Part shown: positions 52,201 through 60,060 of the stretch, one piece after another
Numbering within the stretch: the stretch's first letter is position 1
Layout of the letters: every line of letters starts with the position of its first letter
Assembly: GCF_037042905.1 (NCBI RefSeq)
Contig: NC_087263.1
Coordinates: 8,124,001 to 8,188,000, forward strand
DNA from: Lytechinus pictus
Lineage: Eukaryota
Direction: 5' to 3'
DNA length: 64,000 nt
Translations under genes and position numbers: made by a program
The notes under the pieces: generated by a model
What the model was told of the DNA's origin: nothing
Database searches by the model: none
What the model saw: only the letters and a program-made list of their open reading frames with translations

Positions 52201-54913
52201 GGATCCTTTTCTATCACAACGTTGTCTGTCTCTGAGAACGAAGGACTGATAGAGAGGGAGATGCAAGTTACTAGAAACAATTCAAAGGTATACCCTTTCT
52301 TCTACATCTCAAATTTATAAAATCTCATTAAGAAATTGAAATATTTGTTTACCTATAGCTCCTTTTTAATTTAAATGTATTTTTGGTTCCCGTTCTATAA
52401 ACACGTCTTATTTCATGTTACAATTAGATATTAGCCAATCTGATTAAAATATTTCAGTAGCTTTAAATTGTTATTACAAAATTCGTTATGACTCTTTTAT
52501 GAAACTGACCCAAGATTATGGGCACTTGCTTGTTATTTAAAGGGAGAGTTTGAATATGTCCAAACTGGTTGGGATATGGATGAATTCAAAGCACTCTAAA
52601 GAATCTATACACATAGCTCGCATGAAGCGTTATGGTTTGGATCGGGTTCTTGAAAAAAATGTACCGGGACTGTTTGAAGAACCTGGAAGTTAACCATGTT
52701 CTGGATTTTGAAGAATTTGTTGTGTACCCTTTGGCCTTTTAGCGGGAGTTTCAAACTAAAAATTCACAATAATAAAACACATACAAAATAATTGATCAAA
52801 TAACAAATGCGACATTTAGTAAATTATAAACAATATATATTATGTAAATTTTATGAACAAGTAAAAATAGAAAGTAGGGGCCAGTAATCGTATGCAAATT
52901 GCTTAAGTACATCGTAGTCGACATTGTACAATACGACTTGATGAATGCCATTGAGACATTACATTCTTAAAATCGAGTCGTATGGAAATTTGTCTTGTGA
53001 AGTAACATTTTTTACGATATAATAGGAACCGCCAAAAACATGAATAATTAGTAAATTTGATTAGACTTTTTCCATTTTATCACAATAAATGAAAGAAATA
53101 ATAAAAGAATATGCTTACATAAACCCCCGTTGGAAGGTATAGACAGTTCTTGTTAATCCAAAATATGATAGCTCTAAATGACCAAATAATGATCCAAATT
53201 GGCTGGCAAGTAGCTCTTAAGTCAAAGCCCATAATGCTGATGATGATGAAATTGATGTTGAGTTGCGATGGGCGATCATAGTCACTGAGCTAAAATATTC
53301 TTGAACACAGCCGATATCAGCAATCCATGAGTTGAAAAATGTTCTGTCGAACATCTTGATGTTCTTGATGAGAACTGGGAATTCCTCTCAAAACATTTGC
53401 AAATAGTCTCTTGATGATGCGAAAAGAGTTCAATAGAAGTATTCCGCCATTGAATGAAATGCTGTAAGATAACTTATCGAGACATTCTAGAATATTCTTG
53501 TGAATTAAAAACACAGCAGTTCTTTACTTGCAATTCCTTTTATTAAAACAAATGATAATTTCCCATCTGCAAACTCTCTCAGGGGTTGTGAATAACCAAA
53601 TGATTATAATAATTATCATACAATTATTCTTTGTGTAACATTTTTTGAGTGCCAATTTTTCCAGATGAATCAAATAGTACCTTAAAAATTTACAGATAAC
53701 ATGAATATGTTTTAATACTCATTCTAGGCTCGTCATGTAGTGAAGCAGTACCAGTTCTTACACTGGCCAAATGAGGCCGAGCAGCAAGCGAATCGAGCTC
53801 GTCAACTAATCATTCTGATGACAAAAGTTCAGGAAACTTTAGAACGATTCCGAGAAGGGTTCCCAGTACTTGTTCATTGCATGTGAGTAATGGAGATCAA
53901 CCATGCCTGTGCATCGTTGTAATACGATTGTATTCCTAGTTCCCCAAAAGTGTTCACCAGTGTATCTTCTTTCCCTGCACGTTACACTATTGGGATATGA
54001 TGATTTTACCGTAACATCAATTGAGTGGATCCGATAATTGGGTTGTCTAATCTGGCATGTTTGTGTTGTCTACGCTAATGGATGAAATTACTCTTACGTC
54101 TGTTTTTTTTTCTAATGACAGGCAGAAAGATTATTAAAACATTAAATCATTTTCAAAGTTTTTTTTTGCAAGCTTTGTAGACCAACTTACAGTACGATTA
54201 ATGCTGGTATTTATTTGTTATTTTTTTATTTTTCTCAATATGTAGGCAACTTGATGACTTTGTTAACACATTTACATATTTATAGGAATGGAGTTGGCCG
54301 AACTGGCGTATTTTGTAGCACGCTTGAGTGCATCGCACAAGTAAACGAAGAGGGCGCTGTTGATGTCTTTCACGTGGTGAAGATGCTCAGAAGTGAAAGG
54401 ATGCATTTCGTACAAACCGAGGTAACGTTTACCAGTACTGTGTGTGTGGGCGTGGGGTGTGTGCGTGTGTACGTTTTGGATGGAGTGAGGGTGTGTACGT
54501 GCGCCTATGTGAAAACGCCGCTGTTTAGGAAAGTGTGAAATCACATAGGCCTATATTTGTAAGTACATGCATATGTGCCCACCGAGTGCATTTTTGCATG
54601 TGAGTGGGTGTGTGACTATGGCTGGCTTTTTGTATTGTTTATGAGGGTTGGAGTTATTCATGCGCTTGCATTTGTTTTTCTATTTCTTGTAATGCAGGAG
54701 GAATATTCGTTCATTCACGAGCTGATCAACGAATATCTTCAAGAAAATGAGTACGAGGATCCGCTCCCCGAGGTCTCGCCGAACGATCACACGTACACGT
54801 ATGCTGAATCCCCTCTGGCCCCAGGTTCCGGTGAGAACGAGCATGTATACGCAGAACTGCAAGAGGGCGCCCCCGATAAAGGAGTGTATACCCCACTGAA
54901 GACAGAAAGATAA
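7839..54913 (+). CDS. Multi-exon gene, 5'-partial: receptor with 2 C-type lectin domains, Tie-like Ig-Ig-EGFx5-Ig-FN3 ectodomain, TM helix, single D2-like protein tyrosine phosphatase domain and Tyr-rich tail
   Basis: 24 exons with AG/GT boundaries and matching phases splice into one ORF of 4137 nt ending TAA at 54911-54913. No signal peptide or start exon was found in 1-7838. Confidence 0.85.
8411..8956. mobile_element. MITE with TTAA TSD and (AGGT)CAAGTCCACCCC TIR (Kolobok-like)
   Basis: TTAA on both flanks; same family as 18758-19970 and 62191-62727. Confidence 0.8.
9094..10174. mobile_element. TIR element, superfamily unassigned
   Basis: CAGTCAGACCGCAGGTC / GACCTGCAGTCTGACTG. An inverted fragment of its left end recurs at about 44080-44191. 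Confidence 0.75.
10793..10941 (+). CDS. Exon: C-type lectin domain 1, C-terminal part
   Basis: ttttag|...|gtacat. DPHWAPDEPSSSIGQSCGCLWSDGNNDNHGRWDSRTCEDALPYICERPQ. Phases 2/1; the donor is weak. Confidence 0.85.
11175..11442 (-). mobile_element. tRNA-derived SINE
   Basis: Reverse complement of the family at 56056-56310. Confidence 0.75.
11697..11845 (+). CDS. Exon: C-type lectin domain 2, N-terminal part
   Basis: acgcag|...|gtaagt. PLNGKWIEIAAVNDVQYYFSTFSANYFNANEYCRQIGGHLAQLKTSTIY has AxxxC..GGHLA. Phases 1/0. Confidence 0.9.
12506..13641. mobile_element. Tc1/mariner-type non-autonomous element
   Basis: TA|CAGT...ACTG|TA with long imperfect TIRs. Confidence 0.85.
13713..13831 (+). CDS. 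Exon: C-type lectin domain 2, middle part
   Basis: atatag|...|gtaaga. SAVRDHFLRMGVNSFVFGLDDLMKEGEFRWADGTLLSET. Phases 0/2. Confidence 0.88.
13915..14420. repeat. (GTA)n microsatellite, degenerate at 5' end
   Basis: Directly visible. Confidence 0.98.
15105..15312. mobile_element. hAT-type MITE
   Basis: CAGGGGCGGATCCAGG / CCTGGATCCTCGCCTG with 8-bp TSD TGATGGAC. Confidence 0.88.
15710..15946. mobile_element. Short MITE with GGTGTT/AACACC repeats
   Basis: CACAGCAAAAA ... TTTTTACAG ends. Confidence 0.6.
17654..17790 (+). CDS. Exon: C-type lectin domain 2, C-terminal part
   Basis: tttcag|...|gtaggc. YSQWNPGNPDNYLGNEHCVDRHVNTGAWNDRPCSIQKRFVCEKPK has WND and FVCE. Phases 2/1. Confidence 0.92.
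18298..18673. mobile_element. Foldback element with TTCGTC/GACGAA short repeats
   Basis: The left half is rich in ATTCGTCT and the right half in AGACGAAT; CCAATTCGTC / GACGAATTGG arms. Confidence 0.6.
18758..19970. mobile_element. Kolobok-like TTAA MITE interrupted by a solo LTR
   Basis: TTAA|AGGCCAAGTCCAC...GGGGTGGATTTGTCCT|TTAA. Confidence 0.82.
19021..19643. mobile_element. Solo LTR (Gypsy-like)
   Basis: TGTTA...TAACA ends and 4-bp TSD GGAC; the host MITE resumes right after it. Confidence 0.8.
22137..23920. mobile_element. GCTCGC-repeat DNA element with 6-bp TSD (CAAAAA)
   Basis: CATAGGCGGATCC / GGATCCGCCCCTG TIRs. Confidence 0.8.
24389..24440. repeat. (TA)n microsatellite
   Basis: Directly visible. 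Confidence 0.98.
24441..27266 (-). mobile_element. 5'-truncated, degenerate CR1/L2-group LINE (APE C-terminus, RT, 3' tail)
   Basis: PTRVT..SATLIDN, SDHFPIF, DLSKAFDTIDH, CGIPQ*SVLGPLLF, LFADDT and FLGV motifs; AATAAA plus (ATTGA)-type tail. An unrelated insert of about 270 bp lies near 25565-25832. Confidence 0.92.
27272..28253. mobile_element. Tc1/mariner-type non-autonomous element
   Basis: CAGTGCGTAT...ATACGCACTG TIRs within a TA run. Confidence 0.85.
28273..29374. mobile_element. TIR element in (TA)n with two internal tandem duplications (~240 bp and ~195 bp)
   Basis: AAACTCCTCAAACAAAGTTTGGAAATCTGA / TCAGATTTCCAAACTTTTTTTGAGGGGTTT. Confidence 0.82.
29661..29757 (-). mobile_element. 3' part of a tRNA-derived SINE that continues at 35326
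   Basis: Joins 35334 onward across the GCTAGGCT duplication; the join matches the intact copy near 11235-11290. Confidence 0.75.
29758..35325. mobile_element. 5.6-kb insertion with 8-bp TSD (hAT-like); no transposase recognised
   Basis: GCTAGGCT flanks both sides and splits a SINE; only short CAA...TTG terminal symmetry. Confidence 0.7.
30331..31146. mobile_element. Head-to-tail dimer of a ~405-bp MITE with 4-bp TSD ATAT
   Basis: Units 30331-30733 and 30735-31146; AAAAGGGGTTAGGTCC motifs; G(A/T)AGA...CTCTTC ends. Confidence 0.75.
35326..35520 (-). mobile_element. 5' part (tRNA head) of the split SINE
   Basis: Reverse complement of the 56056 SINE head, with A and B boxes. Confidence 0.82.
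35554..35865 (+). CDS. Exon: Ig-like domain 1
   Basis: ctgcag|...|gtacgt. ...TFSCVL...VGVYRCSS...VTILSQE. Phases 1/1. Confidence 0.88.
36831..37112 (+). CDS. Exon: Ig-like domain 2 (Tie-type, Cys-free)
   Basis: ttctag|...|gtaagt. HFQPSDGRLTKTVYPGDDITL...IRW...ADIYG...LIRVIVI. Phases 1/1. Confidence 0.9.
37302..38121. mobile_element. Tc1/mariner-type foldback MITE
   Basis: TA|CAGTGCGTCCCAC...GTGGGACGCACT(T)|TA, palindromic over most of its length. Confidence 0.88.
38446..38683. mobile_element. hAT-type MITE
   Basis: CACTGGCGGATCC / GGATTCGTCCCTG with 8-bp TSD ATTTGCAG. Confidence 0.85.
39014..39148 (+). CDS. Exon: EGF/laminin-EGF-like repeat 1
   Basis: CPRGRWNLPLCDSLCDNCYNGGICHPQSGTCICPPGFMGKNC, 8 Cys; tag|...|gtgagt. 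Confidence 0.95.
39628..39777 (+). CDS. Exon: EGF-like repeat 2 with Tie-type CLPDPYGC motif
   Basis: CGKHLFGWECELECGAGNVLDACSGSQVCLPDPYGCNCLSGYTGIYC; cag|...|gtaagt. Confidence 0.95.
40816..40947 (+). CDS. Exon: EGF-like repeat 3
   Basis: CPPGKFGVDCLQDCHCAGGVPCNAFTGRCEGSCEDGWSGEGC; cag|...|gtatgt. Confidence 0.95.
41681..41851 (+). CDS. Exon: EGF-like repeat 4
   Basis: CPVGYSGINCTEFCNCPDLSECEKDSGFCSSSEGQCEVGFVAETPEKPDRC; cag|...|gtaaga. Confidence 0.93.
42469..42591 (+). CDS. Exon: EGF-like repeat 5 (7 Cys)
   Basis: VGCFESCSKTRHCAATDTCDDESGSCTSCHPRWSGDNCQT; ttgtag|...|gttagt. Confidence 0.9.
43064..43354 (+). CDS. Exon: Ig-like domain 3
   Basis: RFTATREKTNPGIAIISCTF...TIYCFVG...PPHGTF; ctaaag|...|gtaggt. 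Phases 1/1. Confidence 0.87.
43508..43985. mobile_element. Truncated Kolobok-like MITE relative
   Basis: AGGGATGCTCCGG start, TTTCATCAAAATCGG motif and internal ATGAATATTCA palindromes. Confidence 0.55.
44635..45135 (+). CDS. Exon: fibronectin type III domain with internal insertion
   Basis: LVIAWDSW...GDGPVIGYKV...ITGLDEGQSYEIRISAVREGLNGEGEMGP; tttcag|...|gtgagt. Confidence 0.93.
45838..45946 (+). CDS. Exon: transmembrane helix
   Basis: PPIGSSTIGPIVGGAIGGILILLLIAGLVIIIKIRR, a hydrophobic run followed by a basic stop-transfer; caatag|...|gtaatc. Phases 1/2. Confidence 0.93.
46856..46926 (+). CDS. Exon: juxtamembrane 1
   Basis: tttag|G GAT CGA...|gtatgt. DRPEEVSKPVTYKNDGFVEGIAT; its 2/1 phases bridge the neighbouring exons. 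Confidence 0.75.
47578..47828 (+). CDS. Exon: juxtamembrane 2 and start of PTP region
   Basis: KGQETDQPSQRYENL...LIPVSKFATFVENNRHTDTFYKDFL|gtgagc. The acceptor is either GAG (exon start 47578) or an in-frame AAG (start 47584). Confidence 0.8.
48735..48834 (+). CDS. Exon: PTP motif 1 region
   Basis: KLANVCPGPPASMIRTALKKENRSKSRNTNNHP, a variant of ENxxKNRYxxIxP. Phases 0/1. Confidence 0.85.
49496..49569 (+). CDS. Exon: PTP motifs 2-3
   Basis: DRNRVILESVGSLDSDFIDASYVK has DxxRVxL and a DYINAS variant. Confidence 0.92.
50391..50519 (+). CDS. Exon: PTP motifs 4-6
   Basis: GIRCRFITTQMPMPNTVAAFWDVVFYNQPTVIIMLNDDDRRNK. Confidence 0.93.
50711..51738. repeat. Local intronic duplication (~357 bp x2) around a spacer with its own ~85-bp duplication
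   Basis: 50711-51067 matches 51382-51738; about 51078-51152 matches about 51293-51370. Confidence 0.9.
52159..52287 (+). CDS. Exon: PTP motif 7
   Basis: VCAQYWLDNGVATFGSFSITTLSVSENEGLIEREMQVTRNNSK, a KCxQYWP variant. Confidence 0.92.
53010..53640. mobile_element. Degenerate solo LTR related to 19021-19643
   Basis: TTACGATA start, TAACA end, similar length and a colinear internal block (GATGA..AAATTGATGTTGA...AGTCACTG). Confidence 0.6.
53728..53882 (+). CDS. Exon: PTP WPD-loop equivalent and start of P-loop
   Basis: ARHVVKQYQFLHWPNE...FPVLVHCM; phase-2 intron just after HC. Confidence 0.93.
54286..54421 (+). CDS. Exon: PTP P-loop end to Q-loop
   Basis: NGVGRTGVFCSTLECIAQVNEEGAVDVFHVVKMLRSERMHFVQTE. 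Confidence 0.94.
54698..54913 (+). CDS. Last coding exon: end of PTP domain and Tyr-rich tail
   Basis: EEYSFIHELINEYLQENEYEDP...EHVYAELQEGAPDKGVYTPLKTER*. Confidence 0.92.
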   Translation, partial: EEYSFIHELINEYLQENEYEDPLPEVSPNDHTYTYAESPLAPGSGENEHVYAELQEGAPDKGVYTPLKTER

Positions 54914-56055
54914 TCCCGTTGGGACAAAGATTCTTCCAGCTATGGAATCCAAGTACTCGGGAACGGTTTAAAAGGGAAAATATTAAAAGATGCACTTGCA
55001 TTCACTGAACACCTAAACTCTTAAGCGTGTAGACAGTTTATAGTCAGCAAACAAGCCGATAATTACTTGTAGGAGTTTCACTATACAGATTGAATGACAA
55101 CACTGCATACTGATGTTTATGTTATAATCTAAGTGTTCTAAAATTCATTTTTGTAATTCATTTTTCAAAGGTAGTAAGTCGAATCTTGATGGAAATTGTA
55201 TTCATTCTATACCCAGTTACATGTTTTTTGAAAGAAATATATTGTTATATCTTGGGAGTATTAGTGATACAAGAATCGTTGCTGCACGGGGGAAGGGGTG
55301 GCAAAAAGACATCTTCTACTACCCCCCCCCAAAAAAAAAAATGTTCAAACATGCACACAAGCATAAAGTGTGCACGTCAATTATCAAATTTCAACATAGT
55401 AAATATTATCTTTATGACAAGATTGGCCGCTTCGCACCCTCACTTTCTTATTATAACAGATACTACGTATTCTAACCTCAGTCCCCATAAATTCATCTTC
55501 ATTGGCCATTAAAAAAAAATCGTTTCAATAATTATCAAACTTCCTTTAATCATATACATTTTCCTCTCATGTAAAAGCGGATCTATCTTTGTTGTTTATA
55601 TCTCACTTATAGTCATATTAGAAACATGTTGGTGTCATTATGTATAATAGAATGTTATTTTTATCTGTTGCGTTTCAAACAAACAAAATACCTTATTGTG
55701 TAATGTCAAGATGTTGAGTACATTTTATCGACTTTTTTTATTGTTATTTTTTGTTGAAATCAGTCTATTTTGTGACAGACAAACACCAAGCCGATGTTTT
55801 GGTTTTCACGGGGCTCACGAATGTTTGCAAAGGACGAGAATTTTAAAAATGCGAAAAAATTGCAAAGTCCATCAGTCATTATGAGTAGCAAAAGTTTCGC
55901 TCACTATTTTCACCTGGGATGAATGCCTTTTCTTTACGCTTTATATTTTGCAAAAGTACCTCAAAATCATTGTAACCGGTTAAACGTTCTCAAATCGTAT
56001 ATGTGATGCTCGCGTCCTTCGCAAAATCTTGGTGTCTCCCTTGTTGACTCATTGT

Positions 56056-56310
56056 GGAGGGTTGTGGCCCAGTGGATCAGTCTCGGGACTCTGAAACAGA
56101 GGGTCGTGGGTTCGAATCCCAGCCGTGGCGTAAATTCCTTTGGCAAAAAAATGTATCCACATCGTGCTGCACTCGACCCAGGTGACGTTAATGGGTACCC
56201 GGTGGAATTAATTCCTTGAACGCTATTTATATGGCGGCTCAGCTACAGCCGGGGTAATAATATGATACCAAGTATATGCACATAGTAACTACGCTATATA
56301 AATTGATATA
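56056..56310 (+). mobile_element. tRNA-derived SINE
   Basis: A box TGGCCCAGTGG, B box GGTTCGAATCC, and core GCTGCACTCGACCCAGGTG..AATGGGTACC. Three copies occur in the window. Confidence 0.85.
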
Positions 56311-57076
56311 CAATTATTAGTATATTGTTTTAATTTACACTTTCATTTTCATTCTGTTACCTATTCGCACTTTTACATATTGAAATTACCATTTGACTTT
56401 ATTGTATCGATTCTGTTCCAAGCCTTTCCGGGGAGATTCATGAGGCATCTAGTCAGTGATGTTAACCGAATAATTAGTTCTGAGCCAATCAGATACAAGG
56501 ATATCAGTAGCTTATGACAGTTAGCAATAAATAATTCCTTCATGGAAATGCTCCCCATATTTAGTTTGAAGGCATTTGAAGATTAAAGAAAAACGTTGAC
56601 ATTTCCATTATAAGACGAACTTAGACGACACTTTCGTTAATCTTTTTAATGTTGATGTTAGCCTATTTCTGTAATCAAATACCCATCCCTGCCACTTACT
56701 TTCTTTTGTTGCATATAGTTTTAACACAATTATAATGCCACACCAATATTCTAGATTTGTTCATATATACATATATAATATAATATATATATATATACAT
56801 AATATATGAACGATTCAAGAATCTTATCTCTTTTATGAATAACATTTATCCTAAGCTTCTGTTTTTACTCGTTGTTATTTTTTGTACACTTGTATGTGTC
56901 AAATTTCGGGGATTTTCGGCGTACATTAGACTATATTAGCTAAAATGTGTTTTTATTATTCTTATAGACTTTGGCCTTTTTTACGTTATGCGATATCAGT
57001 ATCGATGTCTACACCACTGAATAAAAAAAATCAACTTGCTACCATGGCCGCTTTACGTGTGTGAATAAATCACCTG

Positions 57077-57232
57077 GGACCCGTTTCATAAAGGACTTGC
57101 AAATGTTGTAACTTTGCCTTTTTGGAAACTACTATGGAACCCTTGAGTATGATTGGCTGCTGAGCCCTGTTACCATGGTAGTTGCCATTATGGCAAAATT
57201 ACAACAGTTACAAGTCCTTTTTTAAACGACCC
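57077..57232. mobile_element. Short foldback MITE (CTG TSD, Harbinger-like)
   Basis: CGTTTCATAAAGGACTTG / CAAGTCCTTTTTAAACG arms. Confidence 0.75.
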
Positions 57233-57235
57233 CTG

Positions 57236-58410
57236 CTATGTATACGTTACTTTACAATAAGTGTCCAAGCCTCTTCTGTTATGTTGCCTACACTATACTG
57301 ATACATGGTGGCAGCGGTAACAATTTGGAAGTCTGAGAGATGACGGCGGGAAGACATCAACCAGTATTAAACTGTAAAAAATATTGGGTAAATTTTTTAC
57401 CACCACGATGGTAATTATGTATCCAACCAATTTTGGTCAGTATTTTTACCCATTTCGGGAAGCATATTGTCCAGTAAGGTTAAAAAATAAGCAGCAATTA
57501 CTTTAGAATGGGCAAAATTTTCATCACACTGGGTAAATGAAAATGCCCCCAAAGAAATGCCCAATGTTGGTTGGATACATAATTACCCTCATGGAGCACT
57601 TTTACCCAATATGTTTTAGAGTGTGGGAAGTATTTGCATGAAATGTTAACTTCTGCATGCCTCACTAACGGGGGTTTTCACAATTACTCGTGCGATCGTT
57701 TGTGATCACTTGGTCGCAATATACATGCATGTTGCACAGAATCGCAACTGTTGTAATGTGTCGCACCACCATTGTGAAAGGGGCTTAACTCACAGTCTGG
57801 TAAAGCCGAATATAAATGGAATGTCGTATGCATAACATGAACCGCCATTCGTCGCTGTGTGCGGAGAGCGATCGTAACAAATAGCCTGAATAAGATTTTT
57901 TTTTACTGTGTTAAAAAAGAGATGTGCATCAGAAGACCAACAAACACTAAAAGCCGATAAAACCTAAATTACTTCAATTTCTGGAAGTGTGAACAATGGA
58001 TGAGTATTTTTTTATATTAATTGTAAAATCTGGTGTGTGAGAAGTAAGTGGGAGTGAGCAGCATTTTTGTTTCATAAAACAATGACATTCACATAGTAGG
58101 GGTGTGAGTGCGTTACAGGTATTCTCATTAGACACCGGTTGACCTGTGACTATGCATAAGGAGCGTTCACACGTGGATAAATATAACATAAAAACATGTA
58201 TCTCCATCGTAATACGTATACAAAGATGAATAATACGAACAGCGAATATTCATAATGAGTAGTGGAAAACATCCAGAAAATGAACTGGGAGGCGACAAAT
58301 CTACACACAGAATTCAAGCTTTTCAGACAAAGAATGGAGCTATTTCTAGCAGACCAAGACATAACTGATCCAAGAAAAATGGCTTTAAACAACAAGATTG
58401 CTGTAGGCAA
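57236..58410 (+). mobile_element. Gypsy-like LTR retrotransposon 5' relic (LTR end, PBS, gag start)
   Basis: ...ACA|TGGTGGCAGCGGT (57306-57318) is complementary to a tRNA-Leu 3' end. MNWEATNLHTEFKLFRQRMELF resembles a gag N-terminus. A MITE is inserted at about 57368-57625. Confidence 0.65.
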
Positions 58411-58480
58411 TATGCTTTCGCAGGTTGTAGGGCCAAAATTAGATGCATCTATTGTTTCAATATCTTGTCACTGTGAACTT

Positions 58481-58530
58481 TGTATCCCTGATGAAGACGT
58501 TAGGTTTGCGTCGAAAATTTTGAGAATACT
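58481..58530 (+). ncRNA. Degenerate minimal hammerhead-ribozyme-like motif (Penelope-like element remnant)
   Basis: CTGATGA-A-GACG-loop-CGTC-GAAA; stem I is imperfect. Confidence 0.45.
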
Positions 58531-58610
58531 TGGAAATAAACTTTCTTGGAACTACAATGCATTACCTCTTTGTCTCATTTGTGTCCAACACGCGGAATGT
58601 ACGATCGTCT

Positions 58611-58646
<36 letters not shown>

Positions 58647-59599
58647 TAAAACAAAATACAAAAAATAGCCCTAAGCCGTATACTCAAGATGGCTTCCAGA
58701 TGGCCACCAAATATAGTCATGATAGTATTTCCTTTCACATTATTACTTATACATTATTGCAACATAAAAATCAGTAGTGAAATCCGGTCCGAGCAGCCGG
58801 TGATAATAGCAATAACTGTATTGAACTCAAAATTATACATTTCGGGGGCACCAATACATCAAGGTGGTGAATAAATACGTACAAAATGTTATGATTTATC
58901 ACATTTAGTGGCGACAGTAAAGGCCTATATAAGGATTTTTTTCGAAGGCTGTTTTAACAGTTTCAATAGTGACCTAATTAAATTACTGTTGCGCTGACCA
59001 CGCAAGCAAAGTGAGCTAGCAAATTTTCAGTGGTCGGAAGACTGAACGGTGTCCATAATGTTAGCCTATACAGGTTTAGTTTTTGAAATGCCATAACTTT
59101 CAATGTATAGTATGTATATAGGACATCAAGTATTACTGATCGTCTTCCACGAATTTTAGGTCATGATCAAGGTCAAAAGTCATTTAGGTTCGATGAAGTT
59201 TTTTTTAATTATCATATGATTGGTGTTATTTGTGAATACTTATTCATCTATTCAAAGACAGCACTCCGGGCCCCTTATATTGAATAGCGTAATGCGGACA
59301 AGACTGCCAGAGGCGGTCCACTTGTTTTCTTGGTCGTGACTTTCTGAGGGGTCTATGCCCACACCCCCCCCCCCCCCTCTATATCATCAGTAGGCCTTAT
59401 GTCATTGTGAATTTCCCTTGAAATATAGGGTACGCCGTTGTACTAAACTACCTAAACTACCCCCCCCCCCCCCGGTGCCGGTTGCAAAGGAAAGAAACAT
59501 AACTGAAGGCGATTAATGTCAGGTTCCAAAACCAGTATCTATGGTAACGGTTACCGCAGGAATTTTGGAAATGGGTGTTTCTTAATTGGGTACCATTCT

Positions 59600-60060
59600 A
59601 TCGACCTGTTTTTAAGGAGAAGTTCGCCCTGACGAAAAGTTGTTGTAAAAATAGCAGAAAAAATATATTGGTGAAGATTACGAAGGTTAATAAGTCAAGA
59701 CGTCCAAGAATACCTTATTTTGAATTCCCAAAGGAGCGCTCACATCAACGGCGTCAGAATCAAAAATCTTTTTCATGTCCTCACTAATAACGTCCGTCTT
59801 GTGCTTTACGAAGCCTTTTCCTTCCTTCTTAAGTTTCCCCATCATAGCTTTGAAGATTGTTTGGTTTTCCAGGAACTTGTCAGCCTTTAGAATATCTACT
59901 TCCCTCTCGGACTGAAAATGTCGCTGGAGTCTATATCTGATTGAAATCATGGATTTTCGTGTATACAATGTACCATCAGCTCGCTTCAGTCCAGCGTAAA
60001 CCGACTGAGGAATTGTTCTGGGCCTGGAACCCCTAGCTCCTCAATCGACGTCGATGTACA
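59600..60060 (-). mobile_element. Crypton/DUF3504-type tyrosine recombinase fragment
   Basis: YAGLKRADGTLYTRKSMISIRYRLQRHF...LKKEGKG..KHK...PLGIQNKVF, frameshifted and truncated. Confidence 0.72.

Noticed and set aside
56056..56130. tRNA gene
   Set aside because: A and B boxes are present, but the sequence runs into a SINE body found three times in the window and has no clean acceptor stem.
58411..58777. Single 171-aa protein from ORF 58262-58777
   Set aside because: Only the first ~50 aa are gag-like; the rest reads through a Penelope-like remnant and (TA)n.
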